64,000 nucleotides of DNA, from the NCBI GenBank assembly GCA_016930515.1, contig JAFGGO010000158.1:59632-123631 (forward strand), read 5' to 3'. This stretch comes from Promethearchaeota archaeon. Lineage in GTDB: Archaea > Asgardarchaeota > Lokiarchaeia > Sigyniarchaeales > SOKP01. A model generated the notes under the pieces. It saw only the letters and a program-made list of their open reading frames with translations. It made no database searches and had not been told where the DNA came from. Below are positions 27,220-36,770 of this stretch, piece by piece. The translations under genes were made by a program, and so were the position numbers. The first letter of the stretch is position 1, and the number at the start of each line of letters is the position of its first letter.

Positions 27220-28203
27220 ATGAGCAAAATTTATGAAAAAATTAAGTTATCGCGCTGGTTAGACAAAAAACTCCCTAATTATTTTCCTAATAGAAGCGAT
27301 ATCATAGACATCATTGATAAGATAGCTGAAGCAACCATCCCAATTAGGGGTTTATTAGAAAAAGGGATAACTTCTCGAGAGATTGGGTATCGAATGGATA
27401 TTGCGGAGCCCAAACAAGGATCTAAAAATCTGTATGACGAGGAACAAATTCACGAAGACATTCTAACACATTCGATTATCCTCAAAGCCTTGGAGGAAGG
27501 TGAAACAGATTTCCTATTTATTGCGTCCGAGGAAGCAGAGCCCGTAATTGGGAACGGTAAATTTGGGATCACGACAGATCCTGTCGATGGCTCCTCAAAT
27601 GTGGCCGTTAATAGAACTGTAGGCACTATCGTAGGAATATTTGATGAACAAGGTGTAATTATTGCAGCGATGTATATCCTTTACGGGATTTTCACGAACT
27701 TGGTATTAGCTATAAATGGACAGGTTGCCGAATTCATATTAGACACTTCTCCTTATAGCATGACTTTTTATCACTATGTCTTTCATGAAAAGAAGACAAT
27801 GCCAGATAACGACACTGGCGGAATAAGATGTATGGGAGGAAATTCGAGATTTTGGTCGGATAAATGCAGGAATTACGAGAGATTGCTCATTGAGAGAGAT
27901 TTTAAAGACCGTTATAGCGGTAGTTTTGTAGGTGATTTTCACGCAATTGTTAACTACGGAGGAATTTATTCTTATTTCCTTCAAAACAATAAAGCAAAAA
28001 TACGGCTTTATTATGAATGGCTTCCTTTAGCGTTTATAGCAAGAACCTTAGGTGGAGAATTTCTTATCGTTGGAGAAAACGACGAAATTAAGATGATTGA
28101 GGATGTTTCACCTTTAAAAAAAGAATTAATACAAAATATTCACGCTGATATATGTGGCGGACTTTTAGGAAGTAAAAAAGCAGTAGATTTATTTTTAAAA
28201 TAA
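27220..28203 (+). CDS. fbp: Fructose-1,6-bisphosphatase class I
   Basis: IASEE, DPVDGSSN, VGTIVGI, RYSGSFVGDFH, GGIY, KIRLYYE..PLAFI. Confidence 0.88.
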   Translation: MSKIYEKIKLSRWLDKKLPNYFPNRSDIIDIIDKIAEATIPIRGLLEKGITSREIGYRMDIAEPKQGSKNLYDEEQIHEDILTHSIILKALEEGETDFLFIASEEAEPVIGNGKFGITTDPVDGSSNVAVNRTVGTIVGIFDEQGVIIAAMYILYGIFTNLVLAINGQVAEFILDTSPYSMTFYHYVFHEKKTMPDNDTGGIRCMGGNSRFWSDKCRNYERLLIERDFKDRYSGSFVGDFHAIVNYGGIYSYFLQNNKAKIRLYYEWLPLAFIARTLGGEFLIVGENDEIKMIEDVSPLKKELIQNIHADICGGLLGSKKAVDLFLK

Positions 28204-28219
28204 CAAGAAAAACAAATCA

Positions 28220-29479
28220 ATGATTGAAAAGGAAGGAAAGACTAACCACGACGAAGAATTAGCGATTAAAACCGAAGGAAAGGCAAAATTCTATATGTAC
28301 GAAGCAGACGAAAATCAGATTCCTTCAAAATCGATGAAAGTCTTCTATAACGAAAAGATGATCATCAATAGAGATATCACAACCCTCGCAATCAATGCAT
28401 ATAATAGAACATTTGCTAAGGAACTTGTAGTAGTGGATTCGATGGCTGCCTCTGGGATTGGATCAATGCGATTGATGCTTGAATGCCAAGGAATAAAAAG
28501 GATTTACATCAACGACATCAATCCGATAGCAGTTGAATTAATAAACAAGAATTTGGTCTTAAATCAATTGGATGGAACCGCCCATCAAGATATAATACTT
28601 AGCCGAAAGGATGCTAATTTTTTATTTTCCGAACTTGCACAGGAATCTTTATTAAGCGAAATAAATAATATATCGCGACCAAATGTCGTGTCAATAGATC
28701 CTTTTGGAGCCCCAAATCTTTACATCAATTCGGCTTTCAACGCTATTCAAAGAACAAACGGATTGATTTGCGTTACCGCAACGGATACTGCTGTTTTATT
28801 TGGTATAAAACCGCAAGCATGCGTGCGAAAATACATGTCAAAACCCCTTCATGTGGAATATTGCAAGGAAATAGGTGCGCGGATCTTGTTTCATTTTATT
28901 TCCAGAATGGCAAATATAAACAAAATGGGTGTTGTTCCCTTATTAACTTTTTATTCAAACCATTTTATAAGGATCTTTGCCTTGACTTTTAAGCATCAAA
29001 AAAAAGTTGCAGCGGATTTTAGTAATTATGGTTATATAATTCATTGTAAGGTGTGTAATAATCGAATAATTTTAGAAAACATTCTTGATTTGCCTAAAAA
29101 TTGCTCCTATTGCGGCGAAAAAGCTAAAATCGATTACGCAGGACCACTTTGGCTTGGAAAATTACACGACGAGATCTTTCTTAAACAAGTTTATGAATTA
29201 AACGAGGCGTGTTCTTTAAAAAATAAAAAAAGAATAAAAAAAATCCTCATATGCGCTCAAGGAGAGTTAAATATGCCAATATCTTATTACAATATTCACA
29301 AGCTCAGTCAAACATTAAACCTGCGTTGCGTTCCAAAGATGGAGGATTTAATATTAAAGATAACTGAATGCGGGTTCAAGGCTTCCAGAACGCATTTTGA
29401 CTTCACTTCTATAAAAACGGATTTAAAACTTGACGAACTTAAAAAACTGCTATTAAAGAACTATAACAACGGTGATTAA
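28220..29479 (+). CDS. trm1: tRNA (guanine26-N2,N2)-dimethyltransferase
   Basis: VFYN..M..NRD, ASGIGSMR, NDINP, IDPFG, VTATDTAVL, GPLWLG, SRTHF. Confidence 0.95.
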   Translation: MIEKEGKTNHDEELAIKTEGKAKFYMYEADENQIPSKSMKVFYNEKMIINRDITTLAINAYNRTFAKELVVVDSMAASGIGSMRLMLECQGIKRIYINDINPIAVELINKNLVLNQLDGTAHQDIILSRKDANFLFSELAQESLLSEINNISRPNVVSIDPFGAPNLYINSAFNAIQRTNGLICVTATDTAVLFGIKPQACVRKYMSKPLHVEYCKEIGARILFHFISRMANINKMGVVPLLTFYSNHFIRIFALTFKHQKKVAADFSNYGYIIHCKVCNNRIILENILDLPKNCSYCGEKAKIDYAGPLWLGKLHDEIFLKQVYELNEACSLKNKKRIKKILICAQGELNMPISYYNIHKLSQTLNLRCVPKMEDLILKITECGFKASRTHFDFTSIKTDLKLDELKKLLLKNYNNGD

Positions 29480-29482
29480 AGC

Positions 29483-30118
29483 GTGACAAAAAATCCTAAA
29501 GAACACAGGAAAGATCCTCACTATAAACAGGCAAAACGAGAAAATTATCGTGCTAGATCTGCTTATAAACTACTCGATATTAATAAGCGATTCAATGTAT
29601 TTAAACGAGCGTTTTATATCTTGGACATTGGAGCAACCCCGGGCTCTTGGCTTCAAGTTGCAAGAAAATTTGCAGAAGAAAACATTTCTCTCTATAAAGA
29701 CGGATTTTACCACAGAGATAATTTTAAAATAATGGGTGTGGACTTAAAATCTGTAACTCCTGTAGAGGACGTTAAAATAATTAAAATGGATGTGAGAAAT
29801 CCCGCTTTTTTAGAAGAAGTTAGGTCTTTTTTTGGTGGTAAGATCGATCTATTGTTGTCGGACGCCTCGATAAAAAAATCTGGGATCAAGTTCCAAGATG
29901 ATGTGAATCAAATTAAGTTATGTAACAAAATTCTTGAAATTGGAAATGAAATCATTCGAAATAAGGGAGCCATGGTAATTAAGGTATTTCAAGGTTCTGA
30001 TTTCGACGAATTTTACGCTTCGATGAAAAATAAATTTCGTTTGATGAAATCCTACAAACCTAAAGGATCTCGAAAGAATTCGAACGAAATTTACCTAATT
30101 GGAATGAAAAAAATATAA
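29483..30118 (+). CDS. rlmE: 23S rRNA Um2552 2'-O-methyltransferase (RlmE/FtsJ)
   Basis: YRARSAYKL, DIGATPGSWLQ, LSDA, KVFQG, KPKGSRKNSNEIY; GTG start. Confidence 0.95.
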   Translation: MTKNPKEHRKDPHYKQAKRENYRARSAYKLLDINKRFNVFKRAFYILDIGATPGSWLQVARKFAEENISLYKDGFYHRDNFKIMGVDLKSVTPVEDVKIIKMDVRNPAFLEEVRSFFGGKIDLLLSDASIKKSGIKFQDDVNQIKLCNKILEIGNEIIRNKGAMVIKVFQGSDFDEFYASMKNKFRLMKSYKPKGSRKNSNEIYLIGMKKI

Positions 30119-30730
30119 TTACGATTCTTCCATATATTCCTGAATCGTGTCAAAATCGATGATGTATTCTGTCCCTTGAATATTTGCCTGGATCCAATCT
30201 GTTAACCATTGGCAATAGTTGGGATTAAATTGGTCCAAGTTTGTATCGTTACATTTCTCTTCGTACGGACATACGAAGCAGGGAATGTATCCAAATTTTT
30301 CCCAGATGAACCTATCGTTGTTCATGTCAACTTCGGTCTCATCCACATCCATATCGATTTTTTCTATCGATTTAATTCGTTTCGTCCAAGAACTCTCCCT
30401 AAGTTCGCGTTCGATCGTTATTTTTGACTGAAGAGCAAGTTGTTCGAGTATGGGTTCCAAGTAGTCCCTGTTTTCTTGGGTCATTTCCAAGAGTTCATTA
30501 AAATAAATGTCCTTTTCTTTTTCAATTATGGATAATATGGCTTTTTCGTCCTTTCGAAGGTCACGACTATAATTTTTCTTTTTTTCCTCTATTCTTTCAA
30601 TTCTACGCTCCGAGTCTGATTTCTCGTCTGTCGTCCCTTCAACTCGCTCCTTGATCTTGCATTTGTGGCGACTTAAATAAGCGAAACTTTTTCCACAATA
30701 TGGACAGGTTTCTTTCTTTTTTTTAGCCAT
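30119..30730 (-). CDS. RPC34/C39-like (TFE-beta-like) winged-helix Fe-S protein with an N-terminal zinc finger
   Basis: N-terminal CPYCGKSFAYLSRHKC; central wHTH-like segment; C-terminal PCFVCPYEEKC..FNPNYCQWLTDW resembles the C34/C39 Fe-S motif. Confidence 0.78.
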   Translation of the reverse strand: MAKKKKETCPYCGKSFAYLSRHKCKIKERVEGTTDEKSDSERRIERIEEKKKNYSRDLRKDEKAILSIIEKEKDIYFNELLEMTQENRDYLEPILEQLALQSKITIERELRESSWTKRIKSIEKIDMDVDETEVDMNNDRFIWEKFGYIPCFVCPYEEKCNDTNLDQFNPNYCQWLTDWIQANIQGTEYIIDFDTIQEYMEES

Positions 30731-30900
30731 GTGATTCAATCCCAGATCCTTTTTAGCACCTATCGTAAAGATAGATTGTTATGGAAATATTGAGAATTAA
30801 TTTTAAGTATAAAATAAAGTTAATGTATAGTAAGAATTAAATTTTCGGTTTTTATAGTATTTCCATTACCAATACTATTTACCAAATTCATTCCTATAAA

Positions 30901-31704
30901 ATGATAAATAAAAAACGCTTGGAAAAGATCATTGGCATGAATACCGATCAAATAATCGAATCTAAAATACTTCTTGATTTGATTGATCAAAAAATAAATT
31001 TTAAAAACTTGTTACCTCTAAATTCTACTGGTTTCGACGATCTCCTTGGAGGAGGATTCTGTCCGGGTAAAATGTACCTCGTTTATGGTGCCAATAAAAC
31101 TGGAAAAACTCAATTATGCCATCAATTATGCCTCCAAGCTGTAAAAAACGGCAGAAAAGCTTATTATTTAGATACGGAAAACACTTTTCGAGCTGAAAGA
31201 ATGGTTGAATTAGCCCGGCTTCAATGTTTCAATCCCGATGATATTCTGAAGAACATTCATATATCAAAAATAAAAAGTAATTCAATGCTGTTGCTTGTAA
31301 TTTCGGACATCCAACACGCTTTAAACAATAAAAAAGATCAAGTCTTAGTAGTTGATTCTATTAACAATTATTTTCGATACGAACGAGATGCTCCGAACCT
31401 AACTTTTTCAAATGTAAAACAAGTATTTATGCGTGTTTTAAGCAAGCTTCAAGAAATCACATCTAAATTCAATACGGTAACGGTTGTAACTGCTCAAATC
31501 ACGCCTAATTTTGAGATCAAGCCAGTATTAAAGGAATTACCGGTTGGAAATCAATATCTAAATCATTTTTTTTCCGAATACATATATCTGAGAAGACTAG
31601 AACTAGGATTAAACCAAGCGCGTCTTATAAATTCTCAAGATCTTCCAGAGAGGATAATTAATTACAAAATCACACAGTCAGGTATCGATCCATTTACCCC
31701 TTAG
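30901..31704 (+). CDS. RadA/Rad51 paralog
   Basis: STGFDDLLGGG, GANKTGKTQLCHQLC, YLDTENTFRAERM, LVVDS, VVTAQ, PVGN, KITQSGI. Confidence 0.9.
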   Translation: MINKKRLEKIIGMNTDQIIESKILLDLIDQKINFKNLLPLNSTGFDDLLGGGFCPGKMYLVYGANKTGKTQLCHQLCLQAVKNGRKAYYLDTENTFRAERMVELARLQCFNPDDILKNIHISKIKSNSMLLLVISDIQHALNNKKDQVLVVDSINNYFRYERDAPNLTFSNVKQVFMRVLSKLQEITSKFNTVTVVTAQITPNFEIKPVLKELPVGNQYLNHFFSEYIYLRRLELGLNQARLINSQDLPERIINYKITQSGIDPFTP

Positions 31705-31720
31705 AACTTATCAAAGTATT

Positions 31721-32578
31721 CTATTTTAAAAGTAATATCTTATTTTTAGCTTCCTCTAAAGTCAAGGATTTGAATTTTTTCGATATTGATGGGGAATTTA
31801 CAAAATAAATATCGTTATCTATTGAACTCAAAACTAGTTCCATCAATTTAGCGGCGTGATTTAACTTTTTTTGCTTGAAAACGCTCGCCTTTTGGTTACT
31901 TTTTATGTACGGTTTGGAATACTTTCCAACAATATTATTAAAGTCCATTCCTATCAAAAATATTGAATGATTTGTAGTTAAAAATGGCCTTAAAAAATAT
32001 AAGATCCTATCACCATCCGTGAATCCTCCAGAATTAATGAGATTCTCCGTAGATTTTACTTGGGTCGTACCGATTAGATTTTTTGATCGAATTAACGCAT
32101 CGTGATATGTTTTTAATCTTTTGATATTATCTCCGTGACCAAGAATTATAAAAAAGCGAGAGGCGTTTATCTCTTCTTCGGTTACGCCGTCTAGATCTGA
32201 AAAGACCGCGTGCAAGGAGATTTCTTGCTCTCTTAAAAGTATTGATGCACCATCAGCTACCAGATTAACGATATTCTGGCAATGTTTTAGATCCATTTCT
32301 TTTACAAGATAGTTAACGGATTCTTCCAAAGATGGACCGCACCCATAAATAATAATGATGGATTTTGATTGAATCTCCCGTCTAAAAGAATGGAGCACCC
32401 TTTCTATGTCGTAATTAAGGACTCTTTTTTTTTCCTCTATGTATTGAGAAAGCAGGTCTCTCGCTTCATTATCCTTTTTCTCGCTTAAACATAAATCTTT
32501 TACGATTTTTAAATACAACCCTCTAAATTCAGCATACATATCAAGTTGTTTTTGTATTGGTTGATCGTTTTCTGACAT
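31721..32578 (-). CDS. mptE: 6-hydroxymethyl-7,8-dihydropterin pyrophosphokinase (DUF115/MptE)
   Basis: GCGPSL, VADGA, SDLDG, GHGDN, GTTQ, GGFTDGDR, GMDF..VGKYSKP; start may be 32578 or 32626. Confidence 0.88.
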   Translation of the reverse strand: MSENDQPIQKQLDMYAEFRGLYLKIVKDLCLSEKKDNEARDLLSQYIEEKKRVLNYDIERVLHSFRREIQSKSIIIIYGCGPSLEESVNYLVKEMDLKHCQNIVNLVADGASILLREQEISLHAVFSDLDGVTEEEINASRFFIILGHGDNIKRLKTYHDALIRSKNLIGTTQVKSTENLINSGGFTDGDRILYFLRPFLTTNHSIFLIGMDFNNIVGKYSKPYIKSNQKASVFKQKKLNHAAKLMELVLSSIDNDIYFVNSPSISKKFKSLTLEEAKNKILLLK

Positions 32579-32711
32579 GAAAAGGATGGACCTATTGCAC
32601 TGATACAAGTGCATTATTTTTTTCAATTTTTGTTGTAAAAATGCTTGGCAGTTATATTTTAAAAAAAAAACATATTTATTTAGATTTTTTCTTGATGATA
32701 TTTAGAGAAAG

Positions 32712-32966
32712 ATGTTTGAAACGGAAAACAAAGAGGAATGTTGTTTGCAGGGTGTTTGGAAAAGAATCGCCGACTCATCCAAAAAAACACTCGAAAATAG
32801 CATAGTGGTCAAGGGAAGAGAAATAAAAAGCATTATCGATAGGATCATGGAACTAACCTCTGATGAGGGTGTGATAGAGATCTATAAATTAAAGGACAAT
32901 ACACAGAAATCTTTACCCTTCAAAACTCTTAGGGTTTGTAACGATATAGACTTGTGTTTTTCTTAA
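32712..32966 (+). CDS. Small hypothetical protein
   Basis: 84-aa ORF with ATG start, AT-rich promoter upstream and T-rich tract downstream. Confidence 0.6.
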   Translation: MFETENKEECCLQGVWKRIADSSKKTLENSIVVKGREIKSIIDRIMELTSDEGVIEIYKLKDNTQKSLPFKTLRVCNDIDLCFS

Positions 32967-33086
32967 ACCTTGTTTTTCTTTTAGCTAATTTTTAATCTGA
33001 TGAATCTAATTTTATGTTCTGGTTGAATTAAGAGAAAAAATTAGAAAAAAAAAGAAAAAGAAAATATGATAATATATTTTCTTACC

Positions 33087-33470
33087 CTATAAAGAATCAC
33101 AGTAGGCCTTGTATGCAGCTTCGTCCATCAAGTTGGCTTTTTCTGCTCCAAAGTTGGAGGCATCAATCTTGAATAACCACGCTGCCATGGCGTTTTCGTT
33201 AATTTTTTCTGGTTCGTCCATCAAGTCCGTGTTCACGGCAGTGACCGTTCCAGAAACGGGACTGTAAATATCGCCAACCGCTTTGCTACTTTCAACGGTG
33301 CAATCGATTGGGTCAGAGTCTTCAGTACCTTGTTCTAAGGTAGCACCATCAATTCCTTCCACATCAACGAAACTAATTTCTCCTAATTGTTCGGCGGCGT
33401 AAGGAGTCAATCCAACTTCTCCGGTTGCGTCGTTGTACCATTGATGGGTTTTATTATACCAAATTGCCAT
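33087..33470 (-). CDS. gcvH: Glycine cleavage system H (lipoyl carrier) protein
   Basis: THQW, VGLTPYAAEQLGEISFV, VESSKAVGDIYSPVSG (lipoyl Lys), PEKIN, WLFKI; ATG at 33470 after GAGG. Confidence 0.93.
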   Translation of the reverse strand: MAIWYNKTHQWYNDATGEVGLTPYAAEQLGEISFVDVEGIDGATLEQGTEDSDPIDCTVESSKAVGDIYSPVSGTVTAVNTDLMDEPEKINENAMAAWLFKIDASNFGAEKANLMDEAAYKAYCDSL

Positions 33471-33641
33471 TTTTTTCAAACCTCTTTGAATTAATTTTAT
33501 GCGGATTAATTTATATACAATTTAATGATATGGTTTATTTAATTTTATAAATGATTTAAAATTTATTCATTAATATTTTTTTTCAAAAAAAAAAAAGCGA
33601 TCCCACTCGAATTTGGATGTAAAATCAAACTTAGATGAGGC

Positions 33642-34787
33642 ATGATGGATAATAGTAGACATTTGATTGGTTTGATAATTAATCCAATTTCCGGAATGGG
33701 CGGTGCCGTGGGACTAAAAGGAACTGACGGAGCCGAAACTTTACAAAAGGCAGTTGAATTGGGTGCAATACCTTTCGCTTTAAAGAGAGCTGAATATTTT
33801 CTTAAAGAATTAAACCCAATAAAATCAAAACTCATGGTTATTTCCTGCCCAGGAGAGATGGGGGAGAAAAAATTAAATTCTCTCGAATTCACTTATAAAT
33901 GCGTTTCTCACGCCTTATTTAACGACATTCAAGAGCTTTCCCAGACGAGCGCGGCGCATACAATTGCAGCCGCAAGAATAATGAGGGAGATGGAGGATCT
34001 CGAGTTGATCGTCTTTATCGGAGGGGACGGAACCGCTCGAGATATTTTATCGGCAATTAAATTGGATAAACCTTGTTTGGGAGTTCCGTCTGGGGTAAAA
34101 GTATACTCCTCGTGCTTTTCTCTCAATCCAAAGAACGCCGCAAACCTCGTCATGCAATACCTTTGGGGTGAGATCCCGCTTCAGAAATCCGAAGTGCTTG
34201 ACATTAACGAGGAAGAATATCGGAATGGCAGGCTAGTTTCAAAAATTTTTGGACACCTTCTTACTCCTTCCAATCCAAATTTTTCCCAAAATTCTAAAAT
34301 GGGAACGCCTCATTCTGACTTGAGCAATCAGCAACGAATAGCGCGCCGAATCGTTGAAATGATGGAAGAGGACACATATTACTTGATTGGGCCCGGTACT
34401 ACGACAAAAGCCATAACTGATGTTTTAGGTCAAGAAAAGACAGTATTAGGGGTCGACTTGGCTCTCAACGGAAAAATAATTGAATGCGATCTCAACGAAG
34501 AAAGAATAATTGAATCCATACGGGGTAAGAAGGCCAAAATAATAACTTCTTTAATAGGAAGGCAAGGTTTTTTATTTGGTAGGGGAAATTTACAGTTTTC
34601 TCCCAAAGTTTTAAAAACGATTGGTGTTAAAAACATTATTATTATTTCTACTGTTTTTAAAATGACAAATATCCCGAATCAAGTGTTGAGAATTGATACT
34701 CGGGATCCCGAATTAGACGAAGCAATGAAGGGTTTATATAAGATAGTCGTAGATTACGATCAAGAAATGATCTGCATGGTAAATTAA
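33642..34787 (+). CDS. ATP-NAD/AcoX kinase family protein
   Basis: INPISGMGGAVGLKGTDG, GGDGTARD, GVPSGVKVYS, GPGTT, TVLGVD, QGFLFGRGNLQ, DTRD. Confidence 0.9.
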   Translation: MMDNSRHLIGLIINPISGMGGAVGLKGTDGAETLQKAVELGAIPFALKRAEYFLKELNPIKSKLMVISCPGEMGEKKLNSLEFTYKCVSHALFNDIQELSQTSAAHTIAAARIMREMEDLELIVFIGGDGTARDILSAIKLDKPCLGVPSGVKVYSSCFSLNPKNAANLVMQYLWGEIPLQKSEVLDINEEEYRNGRLVSKIFGHLLTPSNPNFSQNSKMGTPHSDLSNQQRIARRIVEMMEEDTYYLIGPGTTTKAITDVLGQEKTVLGVDLALNGKIIECDLNEERIIESIRGKKAKIITSLIGRQGFLFGRGNLQFSPKVLKTIGVKNIIIISTVFKMTNIPNQVLRIDTRDPELDEAMKGLYKIVVDYDQEMICMVN

Positions 34788-34817
34788 TAATTTAAAATAA
34801 GAGATAATAAAGAATTC

Positions 34818-35348
34818 TTATATATTGAATAACTCGGCACCACTTTTAATCTGGATCATGGCTTGGAGCCCAAAAAAGGTTCCAAGAATGATTAAAAGTC
34901 CGATTATAATGTATCTCCTCGCCACTCGCTTGTCATATAGGTGTTGCGAGGCTTTATACAACATCAAAAATCCCGCCGAACTGAAAATCATCAAGATGGA
35001 AGCTACAATGCTCTCGTTAATGAAAGCTTCTTGAGTGCTCGGGTAAAGAAATAGCGCTTCTCCGTTTGAATCTTGGCCAACAGCTGGCGTTTCCCTATAT
35101 GCTAAATACACGACTCCCGTTTGAAGAACAAACAAAATGATGTAAATTGCTAAAACTACAATAGCCTTTGTTGACATTTTAGTTACTCGTTGGGCGACTC
35201 TACGACGTTTTACTGATGGAAATTTTATGTTGGGCTTTCTGGCCACGCTCCCCATTACCCATGGGGTTTTTCTCTTGATCATCTCCATTACCGTTTCAGA
35301 ACCAACAACATCTTCTTTCTTTTTCTCTTTCGGTTCGCTTTCTTCCAT
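34818..35348 (-). CDS. OSTC/DC2-like (OST3/OST6 TM-domain family) oligosaccharyltransferase subunit
   Basis: 3 TM; PNIKFP, TGVVYLAYRETPAVG, FINESIVASILMIFSSAGFLML, MIQIKSG align by eye with DC2 ([53 protein letters not shown]). Confidence 0.75.
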   Translation of the reverse strand: MEESEPKEKKKEDVVGSETVMEMIKRKTPWVMGSVARKPNIKFPSVKRRRVAQRVTKMSTKAIVVLAIYIILFVLQTGVVYLAYRETPAVGQDSNGEALFLYPSTQEAFINESIVASILMIFSSAGFLMLYKASQHLYDKRVARRYIIIGLLIILGTFFGLQAMIQIKSGAELFNI

Positions 35349-35526
35349 GACGATTTTCTTCTAATTCAATTTTTATATTTAATCTATCTAAATTAAAATG
35401 GTTCTTAAAATTTTCGCGAATGCTAAATTTTTCAAATATTTTTGAAGAATAATTGAGAAAAAATTCGCGCCGTTAGATTTATCATTAACCATTATTTATT
35501 GAATGAAAATAAACAATTTTATATAG

Positions 35527-36546
35527 ATGAAAGGGATAAAACAAAGAACTCTGGGAAAGACCGGAATCAGAACAAGTTCACTTGGAATGGGTTGTTGGGC
35601 TATAGGTGGTGTGCTCCTAGATTTGCAGGGTAAACAATCTGGGTATGGTACTGTAAACGACGAAGAATCTATCAAAGCAATTCATCGAGCTATTGATTTA
35701 GGTATTAATTTCTTTGATACAGCGGATGTGTATGGCGCAGGTCATGGTGAAAGAATTTTAGGAAAAGCAATTAAAGGACATAGGGATGATCTCGTCGTCT
35801 CAACGAAGTTTGGAAATGTGTTTAATGAGGAGAAAAAAGTCATAACTGGGGAAAATTACTCTTCAAAATACATTAGAACAGCCTGCGAAGCGTCATTAAA
35901 AAGGTTAAACACGGATTATATCGATTTGTACCACCTTCATTCTTGGAGCGTTCTAAAATCGAGTTTAAAACCCATAATAGCCACCTTGGATGATTTAAAG
36001 GAAGAAGGAATGATTAAAGCATATGGATGGAGCACTGATCTTCACGATCTAGCTAAATATTTCGTTGAAAACTCCAAGGCCGCATCGATCCAACACGAAC
36101 TTAATGTCCTACACGATACAAAGGAATTAATAGACATTTGCGAGGAATACGATGTATCCAGCATCAATAGGACCGTACTTGCTATGGGCTTACTTACAGG
36201 TAAATATACGGCGGGTTCCAGTATTCCTGAGAATGATGTACGGGGACCCCATTCTCCTGAATGGTTGAAATACTTTAAGCAAGGAAGACCTGACTTTGAA
36301 TGGTTAAAAAAGTTAGAAATGATTAAAGATATTCTCGCTAGCGACGGACGAACTATAGTCCAGGGGGCATTGGCTTGGGTCTGGGCGCGAAGCGATAAAA
36401 CCGTCCCCATTCCTGGATTTAAAACAGTCAAACAAGTAGAGGAAAATGTGGGTGCAATGGAATTTGGACCCATGTCTATGGATCAAATGAAACAAATAAA
36501 TGAGGTACTAGGTGACAGAAACTTTATCTATACTAGCGAAGACTAG
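35527..36546 (+). CDS. Aldo/keto reductase
   Basis: LGMGCWAIGG, FFDTADVYGAGHGE, STKFG, SLKRLNTDYIDLYHLH, PIPG. Confidence 0.95.
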   Translation: MKGIKQRTLGKTGIRTSSLGMGCWAIGGVLLDLQGKQSGYGTVNDEESIKAIHRAIDLGINFFDTADVYGAGHGERILGKAIKGHRDDLVVSTKFGNVFNEEKKVITGENYSSKYIRTACEASLKRLNTDYIDLYHLHSWSVLKSSLKPIIATLDDLKEEGMIKAYGWSTDLHDLAKYFVENSKAASIQHELNVLHDTKELIDICEEYDVSSINRTVLAMGLLTGKYTAGSSIPENDVRGPHSPEWLKYFKQGRPDFEWLKKLEMIKDILASDGRTIVQGALAWVWARSDKTVPIPGFKTVKQVEENVGAMEFGPMSMDQMKQINEVLGDRNFIYTSED

Positions 36547-36639
36547 GTTATCTGATAGCTTAATGCCAGAATAATTATTCCTAATAAATCACGCAATCTG
36601 GGAGCATTCAGGGCACTTCCAAGAATATAATTATCGTGG

Positions 36640-36703
36640 ATTCAAGAAAATAAAAGATCTTGAATGTTAACAATTGTTTTAATTGAAACAATTTAATATA
36701 AAT
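36640..36703 (+). promoter_or_regulatory. Two inverted repeats followed by a TATA-like box
   Basis: ATTCAAGA-n10-TCTTGAAT (36640-36665); AATTGTTT-n6-AAACAATT (36672-36693); TAATATAAAT (36694-36703). Confidence 0.4.
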
Positions 36704-36770
36704 AAGCTCGAAGCTATTATTATTATTAAAAAGAATGCAAATAAATAATGACTACTAAACCGGAGAAAAA

